Shown: one piece after another, positions 12,249 through 23,989 of the stretch
Layout of the letters: every line of letters begins with the position of its first letter
How positions within the stretch are numbered: the first letter of the stretch is position 1
Assembly: GCF_001194135.2 (NCBI RefSeq)
Contig: NC_068989.1
Location: forward strand, 36,766,586-36,820,760
Reading direction: 5' to 3'
Origin: Octopus bimaculoides
Taxonomy: Eukaryota
DNA length: 54,175 bases
Made by a program: the position numbers and the translations under genes
The notes under the pieces: generated by a model
The model's input: only the letters and a program-made list of their open reading frames with translations
Databases searched by the model: none
What the model was told of the DNA's origin: nothing

Positions 12249-13881
12249 GTATTTATCTGAATTTTATTATTTTGCTATTGATTCCCTTTTTCCCTTCTAT
12301 CAACACTTGGTATATTCCTACTTCTCTTTCTATTACTCAAAGACTTGATCAAAGGGGCTTTTTTTGCCTTGGTGATTTCACTAGTCACATGAAAGAAAGC
12401 ACTGATACATTCTGTAAAGTGGTTGGTGTTAGGAAGAGTATCTGGCCATAGAAACCATGCCAAAGCCGATATTGGAGCTCGATGTAGACCTCTGGCTTGT
12501 CAGATCCTGTTGAACCATCCAACCCATGCCAGTATGGAAGGACATTAAATGATGAAGACGATGATGATGATAATAATGATACTAACACACCCAAAAGGTC
12601 ATCTACCTAATTTCCTTTGCAAGGCACTGATCAACTCATTTGCCCTAGGTGCCATTCTATGGAATAGAATCTGGAAGTATGTGATTGCAAAGTGAATTTA
12701 TTAATTGTGCAGCCATACCTAGACTTATTTCTTTCTTTGTGTAAGGAAGTCATCATCATAACCATCATCATCATGCTGATCATCATTATTGTTTTAAAGT
12801 CTATTTTCCTTGATAGCTTTGAATGGATGGCTGTGCAATGTTATATATTGCCATACACTCTCAGTCCTGTGACATATTTGTCTATAAGTGTGAATGTTCT
12901 CTGACTAGAAGCTGCTTTATCTCTTTTTCCAAGAAAAAGAATAGACTAATAATAAAGACAAGCTTTATAAATTAAAAATGATATTGTCTAGGGCATCCAG
13001 GCATAGAAACCACGCCAAATCAGACTAGAACTTGGTGCTGCTCTCTGGTTTGCCAGCATGGAAAACAGACTTTAAAGGTTGATGATGATAATGCTGATTA
13101 TGATAATGATGTATCACAGCTGCTTGAAACTGTCAATCATCCTCTACTTACCTTTTCCTTCCTGATCTCTTCTAGCATTGCTCATCCACCATTCACTACA
13201 TCTGCCTGTCAATCCTACTGAATTTTTACAGTGGTTACCTACCTCCCTCCCTTCACCTGTTCCCTGTCTCTTATCCCCCACCACTCTTTTGCAGCCTCCA
13301 TGCACCTACACTCCTGGCCTCTTTCACTCCCACCCCTCATTTCTACCCACCTTGTACTTTTCAAGGTTCACCTCATCACCACTTTCTTATCTCTTCCCTG
13401 GTCCACCACAGTCACTCCAACCCTCTCTTCTGAAATGTGAGTAGTCATGTAGCTCCTCTACAGCAAGAAACCTGTTCTGCTTTGGCCCCTGCTCTTATAC
13501 TTTTACTCTTCATCTCCTAGCATAAAGCTACCCACTTTGGATTCATAGTCTTGCAAGCTGACTGATGATCTCACTTGTACTGGTGACACACAAAAAAAGC
13601 ACCCAGTACACATAAAGTTATTGGTGTTAGGAAGGGCAGCCATCTATAGAAACCATGCTAATGTAGACACTGGAGCATGATGCAGTTCTTGGGTTCCAAC
13701 AGATCCTGTCAAACTGTCCAACCCAGCATGAAAGTGGAATGTGAATGTTAAATGAGATGATGATATAGTTTTTGATTTGTATGTCTTTCCCTACATTTGT
13801 GTTGCCAACAACCAAAAGAAGTTTGTGTTGTTACTCTGATTCTAATATCTACATATCTCTGCTAATTTCTTTCTTCTCCAG

Positions 13882-13951
13882 TTGATAGATCTGGCGAATC
13901 AAGTGATGGCGGTCTTTCAGATTGTTCTTCTACTTCATATTATAGAATCAG
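13882..13951 (+). CDS. CCDC61: Probable CCDC61 exon (VDRSGESSDGGLSDCSSTSYYRI)
   Basis: ttctttcttctccag acceptor and CAG|gtaaga donor, phase 1 to 2. Ser-rich like the human RCSSASSCSD region. Confidence 0.75.
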
Positions 13952-14702
13952 GTAAGAGTCATTTTGTTTTCATGTACGTAATTCTTCTAAGGAAATATTC
14001 ACAGCATTATACAAAAAATGTATGTACATGCATGTGTTTGTTTGTGTGTGTGTGTGTGTGTAACCAGTACTTCGAACTCCATGTAAATCCATGTATATCA
14101 AAATTCCAATCAAGTGTTAAGCATAGTTTGTCCTCCGTTTTTCTTTTGGTGTTATATACATTGAATAATTTATAGTGTATATCCAAGAGCAGAATAAAAT
14201 AAGAGATTTAGTTTGTATTTTTATTATACCATTATAAATTACATAATCTTTATGTGTTTCACTAATAAATATTGGGATGCTCTGTGGTAATTGTTATATA
14301 GATGATTGCATAATCTCATTGATACACCATATCTTCAGAAGAAATTAATAATTCAAACGATTGTTATGTACTATTTTCTCAAGTCTTGTGTTTGTATTGT
14401 TTACATAATGATTATCACACAACATACTAGTATTCACTAATGAAACACATGTAAAGATTATGTAATTTATGATGTTATAATAAATAAACAAATCTCCTGT
14501 TTCTTTTTGCTCTCAAATAATATGTTAATTTTGGATAAAATATCCCTCTCCAAGAAAAAGAAATATTTTCAATAGCATATTCTGTTGGTTCTTGATGCAG
14601 AAACAGCGAGTTAAGACACAGAACCAAGCTCTCTCTTTAAACTTTTGAAAAAGAGTAATTTGCCCAAAATATCAAGACCAATTCAATATCCCTAGAGTTT
14701 GG

Positions 14703-14893
14703 CATGCTGGGTGAAATGTTTAGCAGTATTTTGTCTGCCACTATGCTCTGAGTTCAAATTCTACTGAGGTTGACTTTGCCTTTCATCCTTTCGGAGTCGA
14801 TAAATTAAGTACCAATGAAACATTGGGGTCGATGTAATTGACTAGAACCCTCCCCACAAATTTCAGGCCTTGTGCCTATAATAGAAAGGATTC
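14703..14893 (+). mobile_element. Second tRNA-derived SINE family (B box GAGTTCAAATTC, core gactttgcctttcatcctttcgg)
   Basis: Homologous copies at 16955-17085, 29730-29950, 34455-34655 and 40493-40605. Confidence 0.8.
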
Positions 14894-16145
14894 TTATTAT
14901 TATAGATATTTAATGTTTGATCAGTATGCTATTGTCCTCTATAACATTCTGATGTGTTTCCCTCCCTACCCCTCTTCCCCTGTAAATATATCTGGGGCTT
15001 GTACCAAAGGGCATGTGAAGACAGAGATTTGTGTACTCTTAGTATACTTCTAACCAACAGGCAGCCAAATTTCATTTAAACAACACGCTAGTATCTTATG
15101 TAAAGTTCCATTAATGCAGTATCCAATTGCCTGGCACTTTTTGTTGCTCTTTATTAGATTTGTTTCCTGCTGTCAGTTTGTATTATACATGGGACGTGTT
15201 TTTTTTCTAAGATTTCATTGTTCAGAATTAGGTTTGCACATCATACATAAGTGCTTATTATATGCAGATAAATATGGGATGGTGGATAGATAGACAGAGA
15301 GAAGGACAGATAGACAGATGTGTGTGTAAAAAGGAGTATTTTACCCAAAATATCAAGAACAATTATATATATCAAGAACATTGCCATCATTTCATGGCCA
15401 TTGTCCATGCTGGCATGGGTTTGGATAGTCTGACTATGCTGGAAGGCTGCCCCACACTCCAGTCTGATTTGGCATTGTTTTCTATGGCTGGATGCCCTTC
15501 CTAATGCTAACCACTCTGAGAGTGTAATGGGTGCTTTTATGTGCCACCAGCATGGGTGCCATTTGCGTGACATCAGGGTGCGTTTGTGTGACCAGCATCT
15601 GCTATGACTGTGACTTTGCTTGGGTTGATGGGTCTTCTTCTCAAGCATGACCTAATGCCAAACGTGTTGGTCACTGCCTCGATGAGTGTTGGTCATTGCC
15701 AACACTCAAAAGGAACTCAGCCACTTTACCTCCCAGCATTCGGTTCAATGTTAAATTGTTTTTATATAGTACATTTTAGTACAGTACATACTTATTGTCT
15801 TTTACTAGAAAAAGGTTGGCAGTGATTTCAATATTTTGGCTTGCCTTCCTTCATTAGACTATCTGAAGAAGGCAAGCAAGCTGAAACTTTGAAATCACTG
15901 TCAACTGTTTCCTTGTAGAAGTTAATATATGTTGTAAGAATAAAAAATGGGGTGAAATTACATGATCTGGCTGTTTTGCTGACCACAACAGATGGTTCTC
16001 ATCTATCAACAATATAAATGAGTGGTTTTATGCATCACTAGTCCAATTGAGAGATTTTCTCAAGGTAAATAATACAGTATTGTGTCCCTAACACAACATC
16101 CAAGTTGGAGATAAAGATTGCCTTTTGGTATTAATACTGTTTCTG

Positions 16146-16200
<55 letters not shown>

Positions 16201-16341
16201 NNNNNNNNNNNNNNNNNNNNNNNNNNNNNNNNNNNNNNNNNNNNNNNNNNNNNNNNNNNNNNNNNNNNNNNNNNNNNNNNNNNNNNNNNNNNNNNNNNNN
16301 NNNNNNNNNNNNNNNNNNNNNNNNNNNNNNNNNNNNNNNNN

Positions 16342-16647
16342 AGTACTTATTATATCGGTCTCTTTTTGCCGAACCGCTAAGTTACGGGGACCTAAGCACA
16401 CCAGCATCGGTTGTCAAGCGATGTTGGGGGGACAAACACAGATACACAACATATACACGCATACATATATATATATATACATATATACGACGGGCTTCTT
16501 TCAGTTTCCGTCTACCAAATCCACTCACAAGGCTTTGGACGGCCCGAGGCTATAGTAGAAGACACTTGCCCAAGGTGCCACGCAGTGGGACTGAACCCAG
16601 AACTATGTGGTTCGTAAGCAAGCTACTTACCACACAGCCACTCCTAC
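16342..16647 (-). mobile_element. tRNA-headed SINE, young copy of the 6061 family
   Basis: CpG-retaining reverse complement of head, core, linker and tail. Confidence 0.82.
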
Positions 16648-16693
16648 GTCTCTCTCTCTCTCTATATATATATATGATCATTGTTATCAAAAA

Positions 16694-16733
<40 letters not shown>

Positions 16734-17138
16734 CACATGACTCTGTACATATATGATTATATATGATCTTGTGGATGATCTTGTAGTCTCAGTATATCTA
16801 TTTGTAAATATAACTTACAAAAATCTCTATTTTCAGAACCAGGCAATTGTGATCCTTTTGGGTAACAAAAACATATTTGGAATACGTATTTTTATGCACT
16901 TGATTTGAGTAAAAGAGAAATATGTCATATTTTGATATTTATACCTCTTCAAATTCCACCGAGGTCAATTTGACCTTTCATCCTTTTGGGGTCAATAAAT
17001 TAAGTACCAATTGCATGCTGGGATTGATCTAATTGACTGGCCCTCTCCCCTCAAATTTCAGGCCTTGTACCTAGAGTAGAAAAAAATATTTATACCTCTT
17101 GTTTCTTTACACTATTACAAATTTAATTTATTTTTCAG

Positions 17139-17184
17139 GCACAGACCTACTACAAAATATGTCCATGCTCATTGCCCCAAGGAA
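17139..17184 (+). CDS. CCDC61: Candidate CCDC61 exon (RHRPTTKYVHAHCPKE if phase 2)
   Basis: Strong tttatttttcag acceptor and gtaagt donor; open in the phase required after 13951. No homology support. Confidence 0.5.
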
Positions 17185-17511
17185 GTAAGTAAATATTTTC
17201 AAATTTTCATTAAAAATACTGATAACCTTGATGACTCACAAGCAAGACTCACATTGGAGTATTGCTCTAAAGCAGTCATGGGGAAAAGCAGTCCCCATTA
17301 CTTTCCAAATGGGATGCCTAGCAAAAAATTACACTCAGTTTTTTAGCAGTCTGCCTGATGATGAACCATGTCTCATGTGGCCCACTTCTCCAAAGATAAA
17401 AAAAAGGGTTACCCATGCCTGCTCTGCAGTAAAGGGCATTATTGTTTCTACTGCACAGAGACACTCTATATCAGTCAACAGACTGGCAAAGATTCAGTGA
17501 TCAACATTTAA

Positions 17512-17762
17512 CTTTCAAATTATCTTTTCAAGTGCAATGCTTATTCATTCATATTATTTTCAATTAATCATGCATTATCTTGAAACTTCAAGAATATAAT
17601 GATGTGATTGTTTATCTTTAAAATAACATTGTGGCAGATGTGATTGTTTGTCTTTAAAATAACAATTGGCCAGATATGGCCTCTTACACCATATCTGGTC
17701 AATTTGAATATAAAACAAGCAGAATATTTGGGCCAGATGTGGCTAATTTAAATGCTAAAGGG
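17512..17762. mobile_element. piggyBac-type MITE (TTAA-flanked, ends AATGCTAAAGGG) with an internal ~30-bp tandem duplication
   Basis: ttaa at 17508-11 and 17763-66; homologous to 33819-34021. Confidence 0.7.
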
Positions 17763-18195
17763 TTAAACACTGATCCCTAGATGCATGTTTATCTGTCACT
17801 TCTGTTGTTACTATAGTAGCCTATGTATTCTGACCTTGTGAGCTCCATACCTTCTCCACCTAAGTCTGTTTTACTCATCTTTTCTTCAAGTGTTGCCTTT
17901 ACTATGTGTCTCACTCATGAGATCCTACACTGAATACATTTTCCAGTTCTTCGTCAATGGAACTGTAACCTGTTTATACCTCGTTCAGAGATTTATTATA
18001 TATATATGCGGGTGACACGTAAAAGCACCCACTACACTCTCTGAGTNNNNNNNNNNNNNNNNNNNNNNNNNNNNNNNNNNNNNNNNNNNNNNNNNNNNNN
18101 NNNNNNNNNNNNNNNNNNNNNNNNNNNNNNNNNNNNNNNNNNNNNNTATATATACATATATATGTATATATATGTATATATACATATATATATGT

Positions 18196-18400
18196 AGCCA
18201 CCTTCTTGACCCAGGACAGCACTACCTCCTCCAGGCACTTGATGTAGGCTTCTGTGTTGAGTCTGAACCTTTGTGGGAAGATGAATGGAGGCATAACGTC
18301 GCCATCACTATTGATCACTCCAAACACAATGATGTTGACTGGATGTTTGATTTTTATCACTCGTGGTACATGCTTTGGGGACATGGCAAGTCCTGTGATT
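18196..18400 (-). mobile_element. Tc1/mariner-superfamily transposase fragment, maT/DD37D-like
   Basis: Peptide PKHVPRVIKIKHPVNIIVFGVINSDGDVMPPFIFPQRFRLNTEAYIKCLEEVVLSWVKKVA. The D2-D3 region is absent, so the family call rests on motif resemblance only. Confidence 0.65.
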
Positions 18401-18629
18401 GACACTCAAACACTCTGAAATGTTCGTATTGGAGCTTCCAGAACAAATACCAAGTTGTACAGCATGTCATTTCCAAATTTCTTGCAGAGTGAATTGTGTG
18501 ATGATGCTGTTTTTCTCAAAGACAGTACCCAACTGACCCTACTTTAGTGTGTTATCAACAAAATCAAAAACAAATAATGCATATGCTTGAAATTAAAAAT
18601 ATAAAATGGCGACAATTTACCCATTGCAA

Positions 18630-18660
<31 letters not shown>

Positions 18661-18670
18661 NNNNNNNNNN

Positions 18671-19887
18671 ATGGAAACACCTAGCATCATAACATCATAA
18701 TTTTGAAATATCTATAAAACTGTCAAAAGCTTGTTTATTTTTATGTGTTTTGATTTATCATTAATGTTACTTAATATGTTTTGCAAAAATTGCTGTTTCT
18801 TCTCAGATATCATCAGAAAAAGATAATTAAAATTCATTAAAATGACAGATCTATCGGACTTCCAAAGAGGTCAAATTGTTGGTGCTTGTATGGCAGGTGC
18901 TAGTGTAACGAAAACAGCTGAAATCTTTGATGTATCAAAAGATACTGTCTTGAAAGTAATAACAGCCTTTGAGAAAGAGGGGAAAAACCTCCTCGTCTAA
19001 ACAAAACTCTGGAAGAAAGCCAAAACTTTCAGATAGGGACCGTTGGACTCATACGCAAATTGTTAGAAAGGATCACAAAAATACAGCTCCTAAAATTATT
19101 GCAGAACTTTATGACCACCTCGAGAACCTAGTTTCCGCAAAAACTGTTCACTGGGAGCTGCAGAAAGCCTGATTTCATGGTAGGATGCAATAAAAAAAAA
19201 CCACTACTTTCAAAAACAAATGTTGCAAAGCATTTAGAGTGGAGTAAAAACCTACAGAATTGGTCCCTAGAGCTGTGGAAGAATGTTATTTTCTCGGACG
19301 AGTCATCCTTTACCCTATTTCCGATCACCAGCAGAGTATATGTGTGGAGACAGCCAAAAGAAGCATTTGACCCAGACTGTTTTCTTCCAACTGTTAAACA
19401 TAGAGGAGGATCTGTGATGATCTGGTGGGCTATGTCTTAGAAATTCACTGGCCCAATGGTTTTCCTTCATGGCAGAATTAATAGTCAAGACTATTTAAGC
19501 ATTTTATCTGATCAAATTCATCCTATGGTTGTGGAACTGTTTCCAGAGGGAAACGCAATCTTTCAGGATGATAATACACCAATTCACACAGCTAAAATTG
19601 TTACTGAATGGCACAAGGACCATTCTAGTGAAGTTCAACATCTTATCTGGCCACCACGGTCCCCAGATCTCAATATTATTGAATGTTTATGGTGCATTTT
19701 AGTAAAAGAACTGGAGACTGTTTTAGCTGAAGAATGGACAAAAATTCCTTTGGAAACAATTCAAACTTTGTACGAGGCTATATATTGTAGAATTCAAGCT
19801 GGAATTACTGCCAAAGGCAGTCCTACCTCATATTAAAATAAATTTGTTTGAAATTTTAAGGTGTTTCCATTATTTTGTCCAACCTCT
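18671..19887 (+). mobile_element. Near full-length Tc1-like transposon with DD36E spacing; pseudogenised transposase at 18842-19836
   Basis: MTDLSDFQRGQIVGA HTH start; FSDES, FQDDNTPIH and SPDLNIIE motifs, with 36 aa between D2 and E. TIR atggaaacacct / aggtgtttccattattttgtccaacctct. Two frameshifts, two stops and one internal deletion. Confidence 0.92.
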
Positions 19888-20012
19888 NNNNNNNNNNNNN
19901 NNNNNNNNNNNNNNNNNNNNNNNNNNNNNNNNNNNNNNNNNNNNNNNNNNNNNNNNNNNNNNNNNNNNNNNNNNNNNNNNNNNNNNNNNNNNNNNNNNNN
20001 NNNNNNNNNNNN

Positions 20013-20060
<48 letters not shown>

Positions 20061-20719
20061 TACATGAATGTTTGTATGTATGTGTGTGTGCATGTATGTG
20101 TCTTGTCTTGACATCAGGTCAATTGTAAATAAGTGTCAGTTATACAAGCAATGTTGTTCATTTCCAGCATTCTGGGAAAGCATGTTTGGCCATAGGGAAA
20201 TATTACCTGGATTGGAAACAGGTTAGGTGAAAGTTGGCATCAGGAAGAGTATCCAGTTGTAGAAAATCTGCCCCAATAAACTACATATGATTCATGCAAG
20301 CATGGAAAAGAAGACATTAAAACGATGATAATAATGGTGATTAACCCACAAATGTTTAAGCTTTAACATCATGCACATCAATGTCACCTGTCTGGGTCGT
20401 CTTTACTAAGTACTAAGTGATGAAATAGCAATAATAGGAACTGCCTGTAGGTTAGTAATTTTGCTGAAGCTGCAGCTGTAATGCTGTCCTAGATATGTGA
20501 GCAGCACTGTCATGTGAGTCTTTTAGCTTGGTAGAATGTCAGCAAGTGATTAGAATTGAAGTATTTTTGTGGCTTTGAAGAGAAAGTTTTGTTTTTATGC
20601 ATAAAGTTTTGGCAGTGTTTAATATATGTGAGGTCACGATGACCAAGTTTCAGAGATTGTGAGACGTAACCTCTGTAACAAGTTAGATGACTTTAATTTT
20701 ATGTCATCTGGTTTAAGAA

Positions 20720-21075
20720 AGGTGTGGGGGGACTGTGTGTAAAGAAGGCATGGGGGTAGTGTGTAAGGAGGGTGTAGGAGTCCACATGTAAGGAGGATGT
20801 GTGGCCTATGTGTAAGGGAAGGTGTGGGGTGAGTTCTATGTGTAAGGGATGTGTGTAGGGTTTCATGTGTAAGGAGGGCATGGGAGTCTAGGTGTCAGAG
20901 AAGGTGTGGGGCCCCCAATGCATAAGGAGGGCATGGGAGTTCAGGTGTCAGAGAAGATGTGGGAACCCCATGTGTAAGGAGGTTATGGGGGCCCAAATGT
21001 CAAAGGTGTAGGGCTCATATGTAAGAGAAGCTGTAGGGTCTGATGGGGGAGGGGTCCATGTGTAAGGAGTGTGTG
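20720..21075. repeat. Degenerate G-rich minisatellite, ~24-25 bp unit (ATGTGTAAGGAGGGTGTGGGG-like)
   Basis: Recurrent tgtaagga(g)gg-tgtggg units are visible directly. Confidence 0.75.
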
Positions 21076-21929
21076 ATACAAAGTTTCCTTGATAAAGTGT
21101 TTTGGTGATGTTCAGAGAAGCTAGGCTGTTGTATCCTCTGTTGATAGTATCTTCTCTTGGAATCAGTGCATATTAGGCTAAACATACTCTCCACATTGTT
21201 TGTGAATGATTTCTGTGTACAGAATATTGTGATGAAGTGAAGGAGAGTATCAGTATAATCTGTATAGGAGTTTGTCAGAAGTGTTACAAGTGGAATCATA
21301 TTGAATTTTGAAGTGCATCAGAGTTGATTGATGAAATATATAAATATATTTTAATAGAGTGGCCTGATAAAAGACAAAACAGAAAACAAAAACAAGGCAA
21401 AAAAACAAAACAATTCTGGTATAAGAAATAAAAATAAGGTGTGTCAAGAGTCCATTGGCAAGAAGTTCTTATGCCAGTACCAATTGAAGGTTTTGTTGCT
21501 GTTTAGGCCCAGGTCAGTTCTGAATAAGCAAACTAGGATGAACACAGTTCAACTGTAACCATCTTCTCTTGTTATTCATATGTAGAGCTACATTATCTCA
21601 TGTGTTCTTGCCTATTTAAGATAGGAAACTGATTTGAAGCAGAATTAGCTGCTATGTCTTCCTGGTCAAACAGCCATAGAGAGGCACCTTTGAAGACCTT
21701 GTTGATTTGAAAACTTTTGCCAAAATTCTTAAGAGCAAGAGATAACTGGTAGATGACAAGAAAAAATAGTGATGGCCTACAGAGACCATAGTGATGGTCT
21801 GTAGAAACAATAGTAATGTTCCATAGCAGTGGTTCTCAACCATTTCTTATCTATGAACCCCTTTGATTACTATTTTACACTGATGAGTTTTGAACTTGGA
21901 ATATAAAGGTTGTGTGATATATACACACA

Positions 21930-23488
21930 CACTGCATTTCAAATTATTAATGATATAACATTTTTTAATTCTATTTAAAAATTACTCGTTGAAATTATAT
22001 GAAATTTTCACAGAATGGTGGCAACAGTTATATGCGTGTGTTCTGTAAAAACCATGAGGTTCTATAAAACAACACAGAAACTATGGCCATTTACCAAATT
22101 TACATAAACTTTCACTGTTTCAAATTATTAGCAAGGTGTAATTAAAACTCATGTAAACAAGAAAATACCAATTTATTTGATGTACATGTTGAAATGAACA
22201 CATTCTGTCATAAACATGGAAGAAATAGAAATGAATAAACAGTGTTCAAAAATGATAGGTGAGCTTGCTAGTAAGGGATACATGAGCCTTTGTTTGAAAT
22301 AAGTTGGAAAAGGCACTGGTCCATGGAATATGTTAATTTCTGGATCTTCTCAGATGTTATACTATGACATACATCCACTATTGCTTGCCTGCCACAGTTC
22401 ATCCTTGCTCCTAAATTGGCATCCATTCTGGTAAGCTCGTCGCTTTAGAATACTCCATAAGTTTTCTATTGGGTTTAAGATGGGGGAACAGGTAGGCCAC
22501 TGCATCTTCCAAGGGCCATGGAAGCCTAAATTGTTGCAGATAGTCTGTAGTTTTCTTCACTGAATATGAAGGCACATTATCTTGCATGAATATTATGGTT
22601 GTCTTGGAGGTGACCCTTTGCTTTTTTTTAACCAAGTTTCAAGGTGCTCCCTCAGAAAATCCATGTAAGCATCCACAGTCATTTTAACACTCTCAGCCAC
22701 TTTCCAACGACCAATTATAATACCTCCAATAATATCTGCCCAAGTTATGATACCTCCCCTTTTTGTTGGCGTCTTAAGCATTGATGACGATCTTGTACAT
22801 TTACAACCCATCCCTTGCTCCTACCATCAGGTCCATCAAGGGTAGCACGAGTTTCGTCTGTAAACAAAACTTTTGCAAAGTTGATCTTCTGCCCATTTCA
22901 GACGATTTTGTTTAAAGGTGGCCTTTTAACTGATGCCACTGGTTTACAGACCTTTTTTAGGAGATGACATTGGGTAGTTTTGGATACAGTTGTTTGGCTG
23001 ATGTGCTTAAAAAGTTCTCCACTTGTAAGACCTGGGTTCTTTATAGCTTCACACTTAATTTGTAACTGAGAACATCGAGAAACAGCCCCCAACTGAACCT
23101 TGTCTGCTCTGTTACATATCTTCGTAGGAGGTGTAACAAGTTTTGTCAGTTTGGTGATATCTTACAATTATTTTAGATATTTTCTATGTTGATTTACCTT
23201 TGGCAAGTTCAGAAGTAATAACAGATTTCTCTGAAGCAGTTACGTCACATTTGCATCCTGTAATTACATGATTATAAGACCACTTTTTAATAATTTGAAA
23301 CACTGAAAGTTCATAGAAATTATGCAAATGGCCATGGTTTGTTTACACTTGCACAAAACTTCATGTTTTTTACACACCATGCACATATAATTTTTGCCAT
23401 CATTCTGTGGCAATTTCATTGAATTCCAACTTGTAGTTTTTAAATAAGATTTTTAAATGTTACATCATTAATAATTTGAAATGCAGTG
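21930..23488 (-). mobile_element. Full-length defective DD37E (TRT-like) Tc1-family transposon with ~200-bp imperfect TIRs
   Basis: FTDETRATLDGPDG, MQDNVPS and SP(I)LNPIENLW motifs; 37-aa D2-E spacing after correcting one +1 frameshift. Terminal CACTGCATTTCAAATTATTAATGAT inverted at both ends. Confidence 0.88.
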
Positions 23489-23504
23489 TGTGTGTGTATA
23501 TATA

Positions 23505-23892
23505 CTGACTTGGTAAACATCCACAAAATTATTAACCATCGTGCCAACAACCACCTTGAACACCTTTTTGAGCTCCATGTGTCTAACACACATGCCTACA
23601 AAGTCAGAAAACAGCACAGCTCCCATGACTTACAGAAACATTTTTTCACACTGAAACATGGAACAAACTACCTGCATCAGTTGTTAGTTGCTGAGATATT
23701 GCACCCTTTAAAACCTCCATGCTTCCTGAAATTCGCCAACACTACACCTGATATCCCCCCTTCCATAAGCATGCACACATGTATATCATGATTCGTACAC
23801 TGTTCACTTTCCTGACTTTTGTACATAATTCTGTGTGTTGTACATGCACCTTTGATGAGTTGTAGTGCACCTGAACACTATAATAATTTCAT

Positions 23893-23893
<1 letters not shown>
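23505..23893 (+). mobile_element. CR1/L2-like LINE 3' end
   Basis: DLVNIHKIINHRANNHLEHLFELH, homologous to 27077-28015; 3' UTR gatgagttgtagtgcacctg followed by an AT-rich tail. Confidence 0.8.
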
Positions 23894-23932
<39 letters not shown>

Positions 23933-23989
23933 AATAAAAAAAACATATATCAGAAAGAAGCACACTCTAAAGAATAGAGCAGTAATTAT

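Noticed and set aside
14601-14654. Candidate CCDC61 exon after a tgatgcag acceptor
   Set aside because: All three frames hit a stop before the next plausible donor.
20720-21075. Regularly spaced repeats considered as a CRISPR array
   Set aside because: The units are degenerate and adjacent, without unique spacers; the context is eukaryotic and no cas genes are present.
21828-21890. CAGTGGTTCTCAACC hAT-like terminus
   Set aside because: Only one end was found, with no partner TIR or 8-bp TSD; too little to annotate.
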